Shown here: positions 47,826-58,302 of the stretch, piece by piece
Layout of the letters: each line of letters starts with the position of its first letter
How positions within the stretch are numbered: the stretch's first letter is position 1
Source of the DNA: Candidatus Latescibacterota bacterium
Lineage (GTDB): Bacteria; Latescibacterota; UBA2968; UBA8231
Direction of reading: 5' to 3'
Assembly (NCBI GenBank): GCA_965223905.1
Contig: CBDCXV010000001.1
Location: 672,001 to 736,000 of the forward strand
Length of the DNA: 64,000 nt
Made by a program: the position numbers and the translations under genes
Notes under the pieces: model-generated
Seen by the model: only the letters and a program-made list of their open reading frames with translations
What the model was told of the DNA's origin: nothing
The model's database searches: none

Positions 47826-49999
47826 GCGAGTGGCTGGATATCGATGCCGGCTGGAACGGCAGCAGGCTCCTCCTCCTCGCCGTGCCGCCGCTGCTGGCGT
47901 TCGCGTACTGGGTCTACTCCAGGACGCTGCCGGCCCCTTCGAGAGGCAGAGCATGGCTTCTCCGCGTTCTCAGGGGGATCGTCCTCCTCGCCTGCCTGCT
48001 GCTGATCGCCGATCCCTTTCTCGACATCGCGCGCAAGCGGGCGGTGCGCCCCGTCTTGGCGGCGCTGCTCGACAGGAGCCGCAGCATGGAGGTCACTGCG
48101 GGCGGGGACTCGAGGATCTCCAGGGCCCTCGGCCTGCTGCGCGGCGACGGGTTTTCCAGGCTCAGGCGCACGATGCGGGTCGAGCCGCTCGCCTTCGCCG
48201 GGGATGCGGAACCGGTCTCCCTCGATACCGTCGCCGCCACGCGCGGGGAGGCTACCGACATCTCCGGGGCCTTGAGCGCGGCCGTCGAGGGCCGCACCGG
48301 CCCGGACGAGGTTTCCGCGATCCTGCTGCTGTCGGACGGCGCGCACAATTCCGGGGCCGATCCGGTAGCCGTGGCGGAGGAGCTGGGGGTGCCGGTATAC
48401 GCCGTGGCTATCGGCGCCGAGTCGGAGCAGCCCCGGGATATCCAGGTGCTGTCCGCGGAGGCACCCGCCGCGGCATTCGTCGGCCAGCCGTTCCCGGTCC
48501 GCGTCGAGGTGCGCGGCTGGGGTGCCGGCGAACCAGTGACCCTGAGATTGAGCGAGAACGGCCGGGAGCTGGCCGCCGTAGAGGCCTCCATCCCCCCCGG
48601 CGGCCAGCCCGGGTTCTTCGAGCTCAGCCATGTCCCCGAGGCGGCCGGACCCAGGCTCTACGAGGTCTCCCTGCCGGCGCTGCCGGGCGAGTTCACGCGC
48701 GCCAACAACCGCCTCCTGCTGCCGGTGACCGTGCAGCGGGACCGGGTTCGCGTGGAGATCCTGGCGGGGGCCCCGGGACCGGAGCTGACCTTCCCCCTGC
48801 GCGCCCTGCAGGCGGACTCGACGCTGGCGGTGAACGCCGCGGTGCTCAGGAACGAGAGCGAGTTCTACGAGGGCCTTTCCTTCGCAGGGGCGGGGGAGAG
48901 GATCGCGGCCGCGGACGTACTCTTCCTGGTGGATCCGCCGCGGCTGCTCCTCGAGCGCCTCGCCGGGGCGATCACGCGGCACCTGGAAGGCGGGAGCGGC
49001 CTGCTGATGGTGGTGGGCCCCGGGAGCCTCGAGGGCTGGGAGGGCGGCTCACAGGCGGCTCGCTGGCTGCCCCTGTCGGTCCCGCGCGGGGCCGCGTTGG
49101 CGGCCGGGCCCGCGGCAGTTGCGGTTGCCGCAGCCGGGCGCAATCATCCGGTTCTGCTGGTGGGGTCGGGAGCGGCCGGCCGCGCGAACCGCTCCGGACC
49201 TCGGGATCTTTCCGTATCGATATGGCCGCGGCTGCCGCCCATCGCCGGCCTCGTCCCGGGCCTGAAGCCGAAGGCGGGCAGCGAGGTGCTCCTCGATTCC
49301 GGCGGCGTCCCGGTGGTCGCCTGGGGAATGCACGCCGGCGGCAGGGTGATTGCCGCCTGCGGCAGCGGCTTCTGGAGACTGGACTTCGCCGCCGCGGGTG
49401 CGGGGGAAACTCCGGAGACGATCCGCGAGTTCTGGAGAAACGCGGTCAAGTGGCTGGCCGAGGCGCGGTCCGCCGGCAGGGTGCGGGCCGCCCCGGAACG
49501 GCCGGTGTACCGCAGCGGGGAGGAGGTCGCCGTGTACGTGACGGTCTTCGACGAGCTGATGCGGCCCCTGCCCGGCGCCGAGGTCACCGCCGCGGTCCGA
49601 GGGCAGTCACGGCAGGTCCTGCAGCCGCAGGGGGACGGGCGCCACCGGGGGGCGTGGACGGGACTCGGGGTCGGCACACATACCGTAACCGCGGAGGCCA
49701 GTTGGCACGGGGAGACGGTCGGCAGGGATTCCGTGGAGTTCGTCGTCGACGCCTACTCTCTGGAGTCTTCCGACGTTCGGCCCGACCACCGCCTGTTGCG
49801 CCGGGTGGCCGCGGCGAGCGGAGGGGAATTCCTGACAGCCGAGGACTGGGACGCCGCGGTCGAGCGCCTCGAGACGCCGCCGCGCCTGGTTTCGGAGACC
49901 ACGAGGTTCGAGCCGTGGGGCAGCCCCTGGGTTCTGGGGGTGCTGGTAGCCGCGCTCGCGGCCGAGTGGGTGCTGCGCAAGCGCGGCGGCATGCTGTGA
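47822..49999 (+). CDS. Membrane-anchored VWA-domain protein with a GATase-like C-terminal region
   Basis: Two N-terminal TMs, LLDRSRSM (MIDAS DxSxS), LLLSDGAHN, C-terminal TM EWVLRKRGGM. Confidence 0.75.
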   Translation: MSEWLDIDAGWNGSRLLLLAVPPLLAFAYWVYSRTLPAPSRGRAWLLRVLRGIVLLACLLLIADPFLDIARKRAVRPVLAALLDRSRSMEVTAGGDSRISRALGLLRGDGFSRLRRTMRVEPLAFAGDAEPVSLDTVAATRGEATDISGALSAAVEGRTGPDEVSAILLLSDGAHNSGADPVAVAEELGVPVYAVAIGAESEQPRDIQVLSAEAPAAAFVGQPFPVRVEVRGWGAGEPVTLRLSENGRELAAVEASIPPGGQPGFFELSHVPEAAGPRLYEVSLPALPGEFTRANNRLLLPVTVQRDRVRVEILAGAPGPELTFPLRALQADSTLAVNAAVLRNESEFYEGLSFAGAGERIAAADVLFLVDPPRLLLERLAGAITRHLEGGSGLLMVVGPGSLEGWEGGSQAARWLPLSVPRGAALAAGPAAVAVAAAGRNHPVLLVGSGAAGRANRSGPRDLSVSIWPRLPPIAGLVPGLKPKAGSEVLLDSGGVPVVAWGMHAGGRVIAACGSGFWRLDFAAAGAGETPETIREFWRNAVKWLAEARSAGRVRAAPERPVYRSGEEVAVYVTVFDELMRPLPGAEVTAAVRGQSRQVLQPQGDGRHRGAWTGLGVGTHTVTAEASWHGETVGRDSVEFVVDAYSLESSDVRPDHRLLRRVAAASGGEFLTAEDWDAAVERLETPPRLVSETTRFEPWGSPWVLGVLVAALAAEWVLRKRGGML

Positions 50000-50197
50000 C
50001 TCCCGCCCGCCCGGATGCGGATTTCGGCCGTCCTGCTTAACTTTCAGGGTGCCGCACATCCCCTTGTCCCCATCCCCGGGGACCCGCGGCGCGACCCCCG
50101 CCACCTGCGTCTTCCGCCAGGTTCTCTCCCCGTTCCGGGCTGCGAGGAATTCGCATCCCCTCCCCCCACCCGACTTTCATCGACGGAGTAGTGCGGA

Positions 50198-52726
50198 ATG
50201 GCCACAACCGCGGATCGCTTTGTCTCCGAAAAAAAGCGAGCTCATGTCAGCGGCGTTTTGCTGGCCGCCCTCGGCATCTTCCTGCTGATCAGCCTGGCGA
50301 CCCATTCGGATTTCGACGCCCCGACCTCGAGCCGGATACGGGCGGAGAGCTTCAACTGGGGAGGCAGAATCGGCGCCTGGTTTTCCTACGCGGCCCTCAA
50401 CGCCGTCGGCTACGCCGCCTACGTGCTGCCGGCCCTGGGTCTGCTGTGGGGGTGGCACCGGTCCACGGGGCTGCCTCTGCGCATCGCGCTGATGCGTTCG
50501 GGGGGCCTGATGGGATTGGCGCTGATCGCCAGCGTCGCCTCCGGCCTGCCGCACTACTCGCGCTACACGGCATTCGAGATCGGCGGATGGTTCGGTACCG
50601 AGATCAGCGCCCGCCTGCTCATCCCCTACATCGGCCGCCCCGGCTCCATCGTGCTGCTGTCGGCGCTTCTGGTCGCTTCCCTCCTGGTCGGCACGGACAT
50701 CAGGAGGCGTCACTGCCTGGCCCCGTTCAAGGCCTTGGGGACGGCGCTGAAAACCATTGGCAGGTGGTTATTGCGCCCGAGGCGCCGCCCGCCCCCCTAC
50801 GCGAAGGTCGAGACCGCCCCCGGGACGCAAGCGGCACCCGTGCCGGAAAGCCGGCAGCTGACGGAACCTTTGCCCCGGGTACCCCGTCAGGGAAAAAACC
50901 GGGCAGGCGAAGACCCGGTGCCGGGGCAGGCTCCGGTCGAGGAGCGCGCCCCTGAGCCGGTTGGGGAGAGCGCGGTGGAGCCGGTTCCCGAGCCTCCCTC
51001 CGAGCCGGTCGTCGTCGAGCCCGCAGCCTCGTCCAACGGCGATGGCCCCCAACCCGAGGGCCGCAGGAGATCGGCGGCGGCCGCCTCGAACGGCGAACGA
51101 GCCGCCCAGCCTCCCTCTGGAAAGAGGTCCGGCAAGGCCCCGGCACCGCAGCCGGCAAAGGGGGAATCCGCTGTTGCCGCGGCGTCGCCCCCGGCGAGGA
51201 GCGCCCCGATGGTTGCCGTGGAGTCGGATGCCCCATCGAAAGCAGGCGGTGCCTACCGGATTCCGTCCATCGACCTGCTCGATCCGACGCCGCGCGAGCG
51301 CGGCGGCATGGAGCGCGACCAGTTTCTGGAGAACGCCAAGCTGCTCGAGGAGGCGATGGGGGACTTCGACGTCACCGGGAAAGTCACCCAGGTCAGTCCC
51401 GGGCCGGTGGTCACCCGCTACGAGGTGGAGCCGGCTCCCGGAGTCAAGGTCAACCGCATCGTCACCCTGTCGGACGACCTCGCCCGCGTCATGAGCGCCA
51501 AGGGGATCCGCATTCAGGCGCCGGTTCCCGGCAGATCGGTGGTCGGCGTGGAGATCGCAAACCAGAAGCAGGAGACCGTCTACCTGCGGGAGATCGTCGA
51601 GTCGGAGGAGTTCCGCAACTGCACCGCCACGCTGCCCATGGCCCTGGGGAAGACCATTTCCGGAGAGCCCCTGATCGCCGATCTCGCGCGCATGCCCCAC
51701 CTGCTGGTCGCCGGCGCCACCGGTTCCGGCAAGAGCGTCTGCATCAACAGCCTGGTTTCGAGTATCCTCTTCAAGGCCACGCCGGATCAGGTGCGCCTGC
51801 TGATGGTGGACCCGAAGGTCGTCGAGCTCACCGTGTACAACGACATCCCGCACCTCCTCGTGCCGGTGGTGACCGAGCCGAAGAAAGCCTCCGAGGCGCT
51901 CAAGTGGGCGGTCGCCGAAATGGAGTCGCGCTACCAGCTCCTGGCCAAGCTGAGCGTGCGCCACCTCGCCGACTACAACCGCAAGGTGGAGAACCTGGCC
52001 GACGACGAGGTCGCCCCGGACGACCGGCCCAGGACCCTGCCCTATATCGTCGTCGTCGTCGACGAGTTCGCGGACCTGATGATCACGGCGCCGGCCGACG
52101 TCGAGACGTCGCTGATGAGCCTGGCGCAGAAATCGAGAGCGGTGGGAATCCACATCATCCTGGCGACCCAGCGCCCCTCGGTAAACGTGATCACCGGGGT
52201 CATCAAGGCGAACTTCCCGTCGCGCATCGGCTTCCAGGTGGCCTCGAAAACCGACTCGCGCACCATCCTCGACATGAACGGCGCCGAGCGCCTGCTGGGC
52301 AGGGGGGACATGCTCTACCTGCCCGGGGGACAGGGGGAACCGATACGGATTCACGGCGCCTTCATTTCCGGCGAGGAGACCGAGCGGCTGGTCGCCTCGA
52401 TCCAGTCCTGCCAGTACGAGGCGGAGGAGGTCGAGATCTTCTTCGGCCGTTCCGATTTCGAGGCCGAAGCCGACGAACGGGACGAGCTGTTCGACGAGGC
52501 GGTGCGCACAGTCATCGTGCACCAGCAGGCCTCGACCTCCTTTCTGCAGCGGCGCATGAAAATCGGATACTCCCGGGCCGCCCGCCTGATGGACGAGCTG
52601 GAGGCCGCAGGCATGGTCGGGCCCGCATCGGGAGCCAGGCCGCGCCAGATTCTGGTCGAGGACCAGGGGCCGAGCCTCGCCGAGGCCGCCGCGGCCCTGG
52701 ACGAAGAAGAGGAGGCGGCAGGATAG
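50198..52726 (+). CDS. ftsK: DNA translocase FtsK
   Basis: 4TM N-domain, Pro-rich linker, MPHLLVAGATGSGKS, VDEFADLM, LATQRPSV, GAERLLGRGDML, gamma domain LQRRMKIGYSRAARLMD. Confidence 0.96.
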   Translation: MATTADRFVSEKKRAHVSGVLLAALGIFLLISLATHSDFDAPTSSRIRAESFNWGGRIGAWFSYAALNAVGYAAYVLPALGLLWGWHRSTGLPLRIALMRSGGLMGLALIASVASGLPHYSRYTAFEIGGWFGTEISARLLIPYIGRPGSIVLLSALLVASLLVGTDIRRRHCLAPFKALGTALKTIGRWLLRPRRRPPPYAKVETAPGTQAAPVPESRQLTEPLPRVPRQGKNRAGEDPVPGQAPVEERAPEPVGESAVEPVPEPPSEPVVVEPAASSNGDGPQPEGRRRSAAAASNGERAAQPPSGKRSGKAPAPQPAKGESAVAAASPPARSAPMVAVESDAPSKAGGAYRIPSIDLLDPTPRERGGMERDQFLENAKLLEEAMGDFDVTGKVTQVSPGPVVTRYEVEPAPGVKVNRIVTLSDDLARVMSAKGIRIQAPVPGRSVVGVEIANQKQETVYLREIVESEEFRNCTATLPMALGKTISGEPLIADLARMPHLLVAGATGSGKSVCINSLVSSILFKATPDQVRLLMVDPKVVELTVYNDIPHLLVPVVTEPKKASEALKWAVAEMESRYQLLAKLSVRHLADYNRKVENLADDEVAPDDRPRTLPYIVVVVDEFADLMITAPADVETSLMSLAQKSRAVGIHIILATQRPSVNVITGVIKANFPSRIGFQVASKTDSRTILDMNGAERLLGRGDMLYLPGGQGEPIRIHGAFISGEETERLVASIQSCQYEAEEVEIFFGRSDFEAEADERDELFDEAVRTVIVHQQASTSFLQRRMKIGYSRAARLMDELEAAGMVGPASGARPRQILVEDQGPSLAEAAAALDEEEEAAG

Positions 52727-52734
52727 CCGCGGCA

Positions 52735-53400
52735 ATGCTCCTTCCTGCGCTGCTGGCCAGCCTTCTGGCGCTGTCCGCCGCCGCTCCGGCCGCCGCCGTT
52801 ACCGGGGCGGAAGTGATCGAGCGCATGCACAAGCGGCTGGCGAAATCGAAGAGCTTCTCCGCCCGTTTCGAGAAGAGCTTCTACTGGGCGGTCCTCGACA
52901 AGCGGCTCACCCAGAGCGGCCGCATCTACACGCGCAAGCCGGGGAAGTTCCGCGTCGAGATGGGTGAGGACGTCGTTGTCGCCGACGGGCGCTCGATCTG
53001 GGCCTACACCGAGCAGAACAACCAGGTGATCGTCAGCGACTACGACGCCGACCTGCAGACTCCGTGGGAGATCCTCGTCGACTACACCGAGACCTTTTCC
53101 CCGGTTTCGATCTCGGAGACCGAGCTGTCGGGGCGCTCCTGCTACGCCGTCGTCCTGCAGCCGCGGCGCCAGGGGGCCGCGGGGGAAGGAGGGCGCATCG
53201 AAAGGATGGAGGTCTGGGTGGACAAGAGGCGCTGGCAGCTGCTGCAGATCGAGCAGCTGGAGGATAACGGCGATCTGCGCACCTACCTTCTCGCGGATCA
53301 CAAGATCGACAAGAAGCTTGAAGACGGCTTGTTCCTCTTCGAGGCCCCGTCCGGTGTCGACGTGATCGACCGCCGAACCCCCGGTACACCGGCACCCTGA
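52735..53400 (+). CDS. lolA: Outer-membrane lipoprotein carrier protein
   Basis: Follows ftsK; signal peptide, SARF, SGRIYTRKPGKFR, VVADGRSIWAY, FLFEAPSGVDVID. Confidence 0.85.
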   Translation: MLLPALLASLLALSAAAPAAAVTGAEVIERMHKRLAKSKSFSARFEKSFYWAVLDKRLTQSGRIYTRKPGKFRVEMGEDVVVADGRSIWAYTEQNNQVIVSDYDADLQTPWEILVDYTETFSPVSISETELSGRSCYAVVLQPRRQGAAGEGGRIERMEVWVDKRRWQLLQIEQLEDNGDLRTYLLADHKIDKKLEDGLFLFEAPSGVDVIDRRTPGTPAP

Positions 53401-53503
53401 CTGGGTATTCTGTCCCATCAATTTCTCTTCTCGCCATTTTTCCTCCGATCCATTGAGGGGAATCGCGGTCCTGCGGAAGCGCCGCAGCGGACCGGTAAGC
53501 GGA

Positions 53504-55195
53504 ATGCTTCTTCTTCTCAACGCCCGGCGGTCGCTGTTCCTCTTTTTTACGGCTCTGCCAATGGCGTCGGCAGCGGTCTTCGGGGATTCCGTCCCGCCCG
53601 TTGAAAGCGTCTGGGTGTTCCTGCGCGACAAGCCCGCAGGGGACCGGCGTCTCGAGTGGCCCCGCCCGGAGACGCTGTTGTCCTCGGCGCGGCTCGATCT
53701 CGACGTCGACGGCGGGTACATCGACGCCATTCGGGCGACCGGCGCGGCCGTCCGCACCTGTTCGCGCTGGTTCAACGCCGTCAGCGTCGACGCCACCCCG
53801 GAACAGATGGAGCGCCTCGCCGCCCTTCCCTTCGTGCGCGAAACAGCACCGGTACGCCGAGCGGGGCGGGACCCGCTGCCCGGGCCCGGTGCCCCCCAGG
53901 CCTCGGCCAAAGCGGCCGGGAACGGGTACGGCCCGGGATTCGAGCAGCTCTCCAGCATCGGGGTCGTGGCCCTGCACAACCAGGGATTCACCGGGGAGGG
54001 GATCCGCATAGCCCTGCTCGACGCCGGTTTTCCCGACCGCGATAACCGGGCCTTCGCGCATCTCGACGTCGTTGCCGAGCGCGATTTCGTCAGCGGGGCC
54101 GCCGGGGACAGCGCTCCCGGGGAGGCGGGCCCGCCGAGGCGCGGGAGCAACCACGGTACGCAGGTGCTGTCGGTGCTGGCCGCCCGGGATCCGGGGCACC
54201 TGATCGGCGCCGCCCCCGACGCCCAGTACCTGCTGGCGACGACGGAGGAAATCGAGCGGGAGCTGCCGCACGAGGAAGACTTCTGGGTCGCCGGGCTCGA
54301 GTGGGCCGACAGCCTCGGTGCCGACGTCGTCAACTCGTCGGTGGGGTACAACGAATTCGAGGACGGTACCGGGTACAGCTACGAAGAGCTCGACGGGCGC
54401 ACGGCCCTGACCACGATCGCGGCCGAGATTGCCGTCTCCCGGGGCATCGTCGTCGTCGCCGCGGCCGGCAACGAGGGGGACAAGCCCTGGCGCTACGTCA
54501 CCGTGCCCGCGGACGGGCCCAACGTGATCGCCGTCGGCGCCGTCGGCCTCGTGCAGCAGGAGATCGCCCCTTTCAGCTCCAGGGGGCCGACCGCGGACGG
54601 CCGCATCAAGCCGGACGTCGTCGCGCCCGGCACCAGCATCGTCGTCGTCGATACTACGCAGCAGCCGGAGGAGTCCTTCAGCGGCTACCGGCGCGCTCGC
54701 GGAACCTCCTTCGCCACACCCCTGGTCAGCGGAGCGGCCGCCCTCCTCAGACAGATCCATCCGGCCTGGACGCCGGCCGACGTCGCCGCGGCGCTCAAGG
54801 GAACGGCACTCGACCTGGGGGAGAGCGGCCCCGACACCACCTACGGCTGGGGACTGGTCGACGCCCTGGCCGCCAGCGGGGTCGAAATCGAGATGCCGCA
54901 GCGCAGCCTCGCCCTCGCCCCGTTTCCCAATCCCCTGAATTACCGCGGCGCCCCGGAGGCGACGCTGTTCTTTCCGCTCGAGCTCGCTTCCCCCGATGAA
55001 GTCGAAATCAGCATTTTCACCGCCGCGGGACAGCTCGTCGGCCTGGCGAGCCAGCGCTTGGAAGCGGGCCGCTACACACGAAAGGAACAGGCCCTGCGCT
55101 GGCGTGCACCTGCGCATCTGGCAAGCGGAATCTATCTTTACAGGCTGCAGGGAGGGGGGCTGTTGCAGAGGGGGAAGATCGCCCTCGTCAGGTAG
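53504..55195 (+). CDS. S8 family serine peptidase with FlgD/T9SS-like CTD
   Basis: ALLDAGF (Asp), NHGT (His), AAAGNEG, GTSFATPLVSGAAAL (Ser); PFPNP..SGIYLYRL..KIALVR. Confidence 0.9.
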   Translation: MLLLLNARRSLFLFFTALPMASAAVFGDSVPPVESVWVFLRDKPAGDRRLEWPRPETLLSSARLDLDVDGGYIDAIRATGAAVRTCSRWFNAVSVDATPEQMERLAALPFVRETAPVRRAGRDPLPGPGAPQASAKAAGNGYGPGFEQLSSIGVVALHNQGFTGEGIRIALLDAGFPDRDNRAFAHLDVVAERDFVSGAAGDSAPGEAGPPRRGSNHGTQVLSVLAARDPGHLIGAAPDAQYLLATTEEIERELPHEEDFWVAGLEWADSLGADVVNSSVGYNEFEDGTGYSYEELDGRTALTTIAAEIAVSRGIVVVAAAGNEGDKPWRYVTVPADGPNVIAVGAVGLVQQEIAPFSSRGPTADGRIKPDVVAPGTSIVVVDTTQQPEESFSGYRRARGTSFATPLVSGAAALLRQIHPAWTPADVAAALKGTALDLGESGPDTTYGWGLVDALAASGVEIEMPQRSLALAPFPNPLNYRGAPEATLFFPLELASPDEVEISIFTAAGQLVGLASQRLEAGRYTRKEQALRWRAPAHLASGIYLYRLQGGGLLQRGKIALVR

Positions 55196-55202
55196 CGCTC
55201 GC

Positions 55203-55709
55203 ATGAGAACAGCCATGACCAAGGGAAGCCGGAACAGCGTCCCGCGCTCGCGGTACCGAACCCTGAACCGCGTCGTGCTGATGTCCTGCGCCGTCTTTCT
55301 GCCCGTCTACCTGGCGATCCGCCTCACGGGTGGATCCGCGGAGAAGCTCCAGCTGCTTCCCGACCTGCTTGAGCGGGTGAAGAACCCGATCGCGTGGGAA
55401 GTCCCGCCCGACGGCGTCCGCCACCTCCATTATTTCAAGGGGGAGCCGGACGAGGGCAACAAGTTCGTCCTGGTGACCCTCCGCATGGAAGCGAGAATGA
55501 AAATCGGCTACCCGATCGAGCCGCGCTGTTTCCGCCTGGTCGACAGCGCCGATACCGTGTATTTCCCGCTGTCGAGATCGCCGCTGTTCATCGAGCGCGG
55601 GGTCGAGTTCCGGTTGGAAAGGGACGACGCGTTCGAAGGGGAGCTGTTGTTCGAAATTCCGCGCGACCGCGACTCCGTGAGGCTCCTGTACGACCGCTAC
55701 CAGGATTAA
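55203..55709 (+). CDS. Membrane-anchored Ig-like hypothetical protein (DUF4352-like)
   Basis: TM helix, then PDEGNKFVLVTL, FRLVDS, GELLFEIP. Confidence 0.6.
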   Translation: MRTAMTKGSRNSVPRSRYRTLNRVVLMSCAVFLPVYLAIRLTGGSAEKLQLLPDLLERVKNPIAWEVPPDGVRHLHYFKGEPDEGNKFVLVTLRMEARMKIGYPIEPRCFRLVDSADTVYFPLSRSPLFIERGVEFRLERDDAFEGELLFEIPRDRDSVRLLYDRYQD

Positions 55710-55846
55710 ACGGCCGCGGCCCCCGCGCCCCCGGGAATCGCGGCTGCCGTACCCGATTTATGGAATTTTCACCTTCGAGGGGAAACGCCCCGCCAGGACC
55801 GGCGTTCCGGTCACGGGATTTCCCCCATTCACACGGGAGAAGCGAC

Positions 55847-56954
55847 ATGCCTGGGCTGGAGGAAATCCTGACTGCGAGCAGAGAACGGATGGAACGGCTG
55901 CGGGGGTATCTTTGACTTCGACAACAAGAAACGGCAGCTCGCCGTAATCGAAGCGGAGATGGCCCGCGGCGACTTCTGGAGCGACAGAAAGAAGGCCGAG
56001 GCCATCACCCGGCAGTCGCGCGATCTCGAAGATCAGGTCAAGCCGTGGGAGGAGCTTGATCGGCAGCTGAGCGACCTCTCCGAGCTGCACGAGCTGGCCG
56101 CGGACGAAGGGGACGGCGAGGCCCTGGCGGAATTCGAGCAGGAAGCCGAGGACTTGGCGGTGCGGCTCGAGGATCTCGAGCTGCGCAACATGCTCGACGA
56201 CCCGGACGATTCCAAGGACGCCATCGTCGTCGTGCACTCCGGCGCCGGCGGCACCGAAGCCGCGGACTGGGCCGAGATGCTGATGCGGATGTACAGCCGG
56301 TGGATCGAACGCAGCGGCTTCCGCAGCCAGGTCATGGACCTGCAGCCGGCGGAAGAGGCCGGCATCAAGGGGGCGACCCTCGAGGTCACGGGCAAAAACG
56401 CCTACGGGTACCTCAAGGCGGAGGCCGGCGTTCACCGCCTCGTGCGCATCTCCCCGTTCGACGCCAACAAGCGGCGGCACACCTCGTTCGCGTCGATCTT
56501 CGTCTATCCCGAGGTGGACGAGATTCCCAACGTCGATCTCAAAGGGGACGAGCTCCAGTACGAGACCTTCAGGGCGGGGGGAGCCGGCGGCCAGCACGTC
56601 AACAAGACCTCCTCCGCAGTGCGGCTCACCCACCTCCCGACCGGGATCTCCGTGCAGTGCCAGAACGAGCGTTCGCAGTTCAAGAACAAGGCGACCGCCC
56701 TGAAGGTGCTGACGGCGCGGGTCTACCAGCACTTCAAGGAGGAGGAGGCGAGGAAGCAGGAAGCGGTCGAGAGCACCAAGAAGAGCATCGAGTTCGGCAG
56801 CCAGATCCGCAGCTACGTCCTCCATCCATACAACTTGGTCAAGGACCACCGAACCGGACATGAAACCGGCAACGTGCAGGCGGTGATGGACGGCCAGCTC
56901 GACGATTTCATCAGGGCATTTTTGATGGAAAAATCTCGATTGGGTTCAAATTGA
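55847..56954 (+). CDS. prfB: Peptide chain release factor 2, expressed via a programmed +1 frameshift
   Basis: MPGLEE...RGYL then CTT TGA C at 55910-55916; downstream frame contains GAGGTEA, LVRISPFD (SPF) and GAGGQHVN (GGQ). Confidence 0.96.
55901..55916 (+). promoter_or_regulatory. RF2 autoregulatory frameshift site
   Basis: cgggggtatctttgac: internal SD-like GGGGG, 3 nt, then CTT-TGA-C. Confidence 0.92.
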
Positions 56955-57050
56955 CAGATCTTCGAAAATCCGATTCGGAAGCCACGGAGACTTTTGCATC
57001 AAACCTGACTCAGTCGAAGGAAGGGTGATCGCCCTGTGCGCAGGCATTAG

Positions 57051-58298
57051 ATGTCGTACGAGTTCTTCATAGCGAAGCGCTACCTGCAGTCCAAGCAGCA
57101 CACCGGGTTCATATCGGTGGTCGCCTTCATCGCCGTCGGCGGCGTCATCCTCGGGGTGGCTGCCCTCATCATCATGCTCTCGGTCACCAACGGGTTTTCC
57201 GGGGAGGTGAGGAACCGGCTTATCGGGATGAACGCGCACGTGTCCATCCACCGCTTCTACGGAGAGCCGATTCCCGCCTTCGAGGAGCTGATCGAACGCG
57301 CCTCGGCCGCCGAGGGGGTGGTTGCTGCGGCCCCGGTTGTCGAGGGCAAGGTGGTGGTCTCCGGCGGAAAGGGGGAGGACGGGCTCTTCGTCTGGGGGGT
57401 CGATCCTGTGAGTTTCGCCCGTGTCTCCGATCTCACCGAGCACCTGTACGACAGCGGGGGGGAGCTGCGACTCGGCGTTTTGCCGGGAAGCAAGTACCCG
57501 GGAATCGTTCTCGGCCGCCACCTCGCCGCCCGCCTGCGGGTGGGGATCGGCGACCAGGTGCTGCTGTGGACGCTCAGGGGTATGGAGCGGGACGACCTGC
57601 TGCGCGGCATCACGCCGCGCCTTGACCCCTTCGTGGTGACCGACCTGTTCGAAAGCGGCATGTACCACTACGACGACAACTTCGGGTTCATCTCCCTCGA
57701 CGAGGCCCGGCGCATCCTCGATCTCGGCGAAGCGGTCACCAACGTGCACCTGCGCGTCGCCGACCTCGACGAGGCGAGCGAAATTCGCAGCCGCCTCGAA
57801 CGGGAGTTCGGCTACCCCTACCGGATGACGGACTGGACCCAGCGCTTTCCCGAGCTGTTCGAGTGGATGGAGCTCGAGAAGTGGGTGATCTTCATCGCCC
57901 TCAGCCTGATCATCGTCGTTGCCGCTTTCAACATCATGTCCATTCTCAGCATGTCGATTCTGATAAAGACCCCGGAGATAGGAATTCTCCGCGCCATGGG
58001 AGCCAGGGCCGGGGGCATTCGCCGCATCTTCGTCTACCAGGGCGCCGTCATTGGCGGCTTCGGCACCGCGCTCGGCTGTCTCTGCGGTTTCGCCGTCTGC
58101 TGGGTGCAGGCGCGCTTCGAGATCATCTCCATCCCGAGCGACATCTACATCATCAGCTCGCTGCCCGTCGACATGAAGTGGTCGGACTTCGTCGTGGTGT
58201 CGCTGGTCAGCCTGGGCATCTGCCTGCTGGCCTCCGCGTTCCCGGCTCGCCGGGCGGCATCCCTGCAGCCGGTCGCCGCCATTCGCCATATCGCCTGA
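57051..58298 (+). CDS. lolE: Lipoprotein-releasing ABC transporter permease LolC/E
   Basis: FIAKRYL, GVAALIIMLSVTNGF, FESGMYHYD, VAAFNI, EIGILRAMGA, PARRAASLQPV. Confidence 0.9.
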   Translation: MSYEFFIAKRYLQSKQHTGFISVVAFIAVGGVILGVAALIIMLSVTNGFSGEVRNRLIGMNAHVSIHRFYGEPIPAFEELIERASAAEGVVAAAPVVEGKVVVSGGKGEDGLFVWGVDPVSFARVSDLTEHLYDSGGELRLGVLPGSKYPGIVLGRHLAARLRVGIGDQVLLWTLRGMERDDLLRGITPRLDPFVVTDLFESGMYHYDDNFGFISLDEARRILDLGEAVTNVHLRVADLDEASEIRSRLEREFGYPYRMTDWTQRFPELFEWMELEKWVIFIALSLIIVVAAFNIMSILSMSILIKTPEIGILRAMGARAGGIRRIFVYQGAVIGGFGTALGCLCGFAVCWVQARFEIISIPSDIYIISSLPVDMKWSDFVVVSLVSLGICLLASAFPARRAASLQPVAAIRHIA

Positions 58299-58302
58299 GG
58301 CC

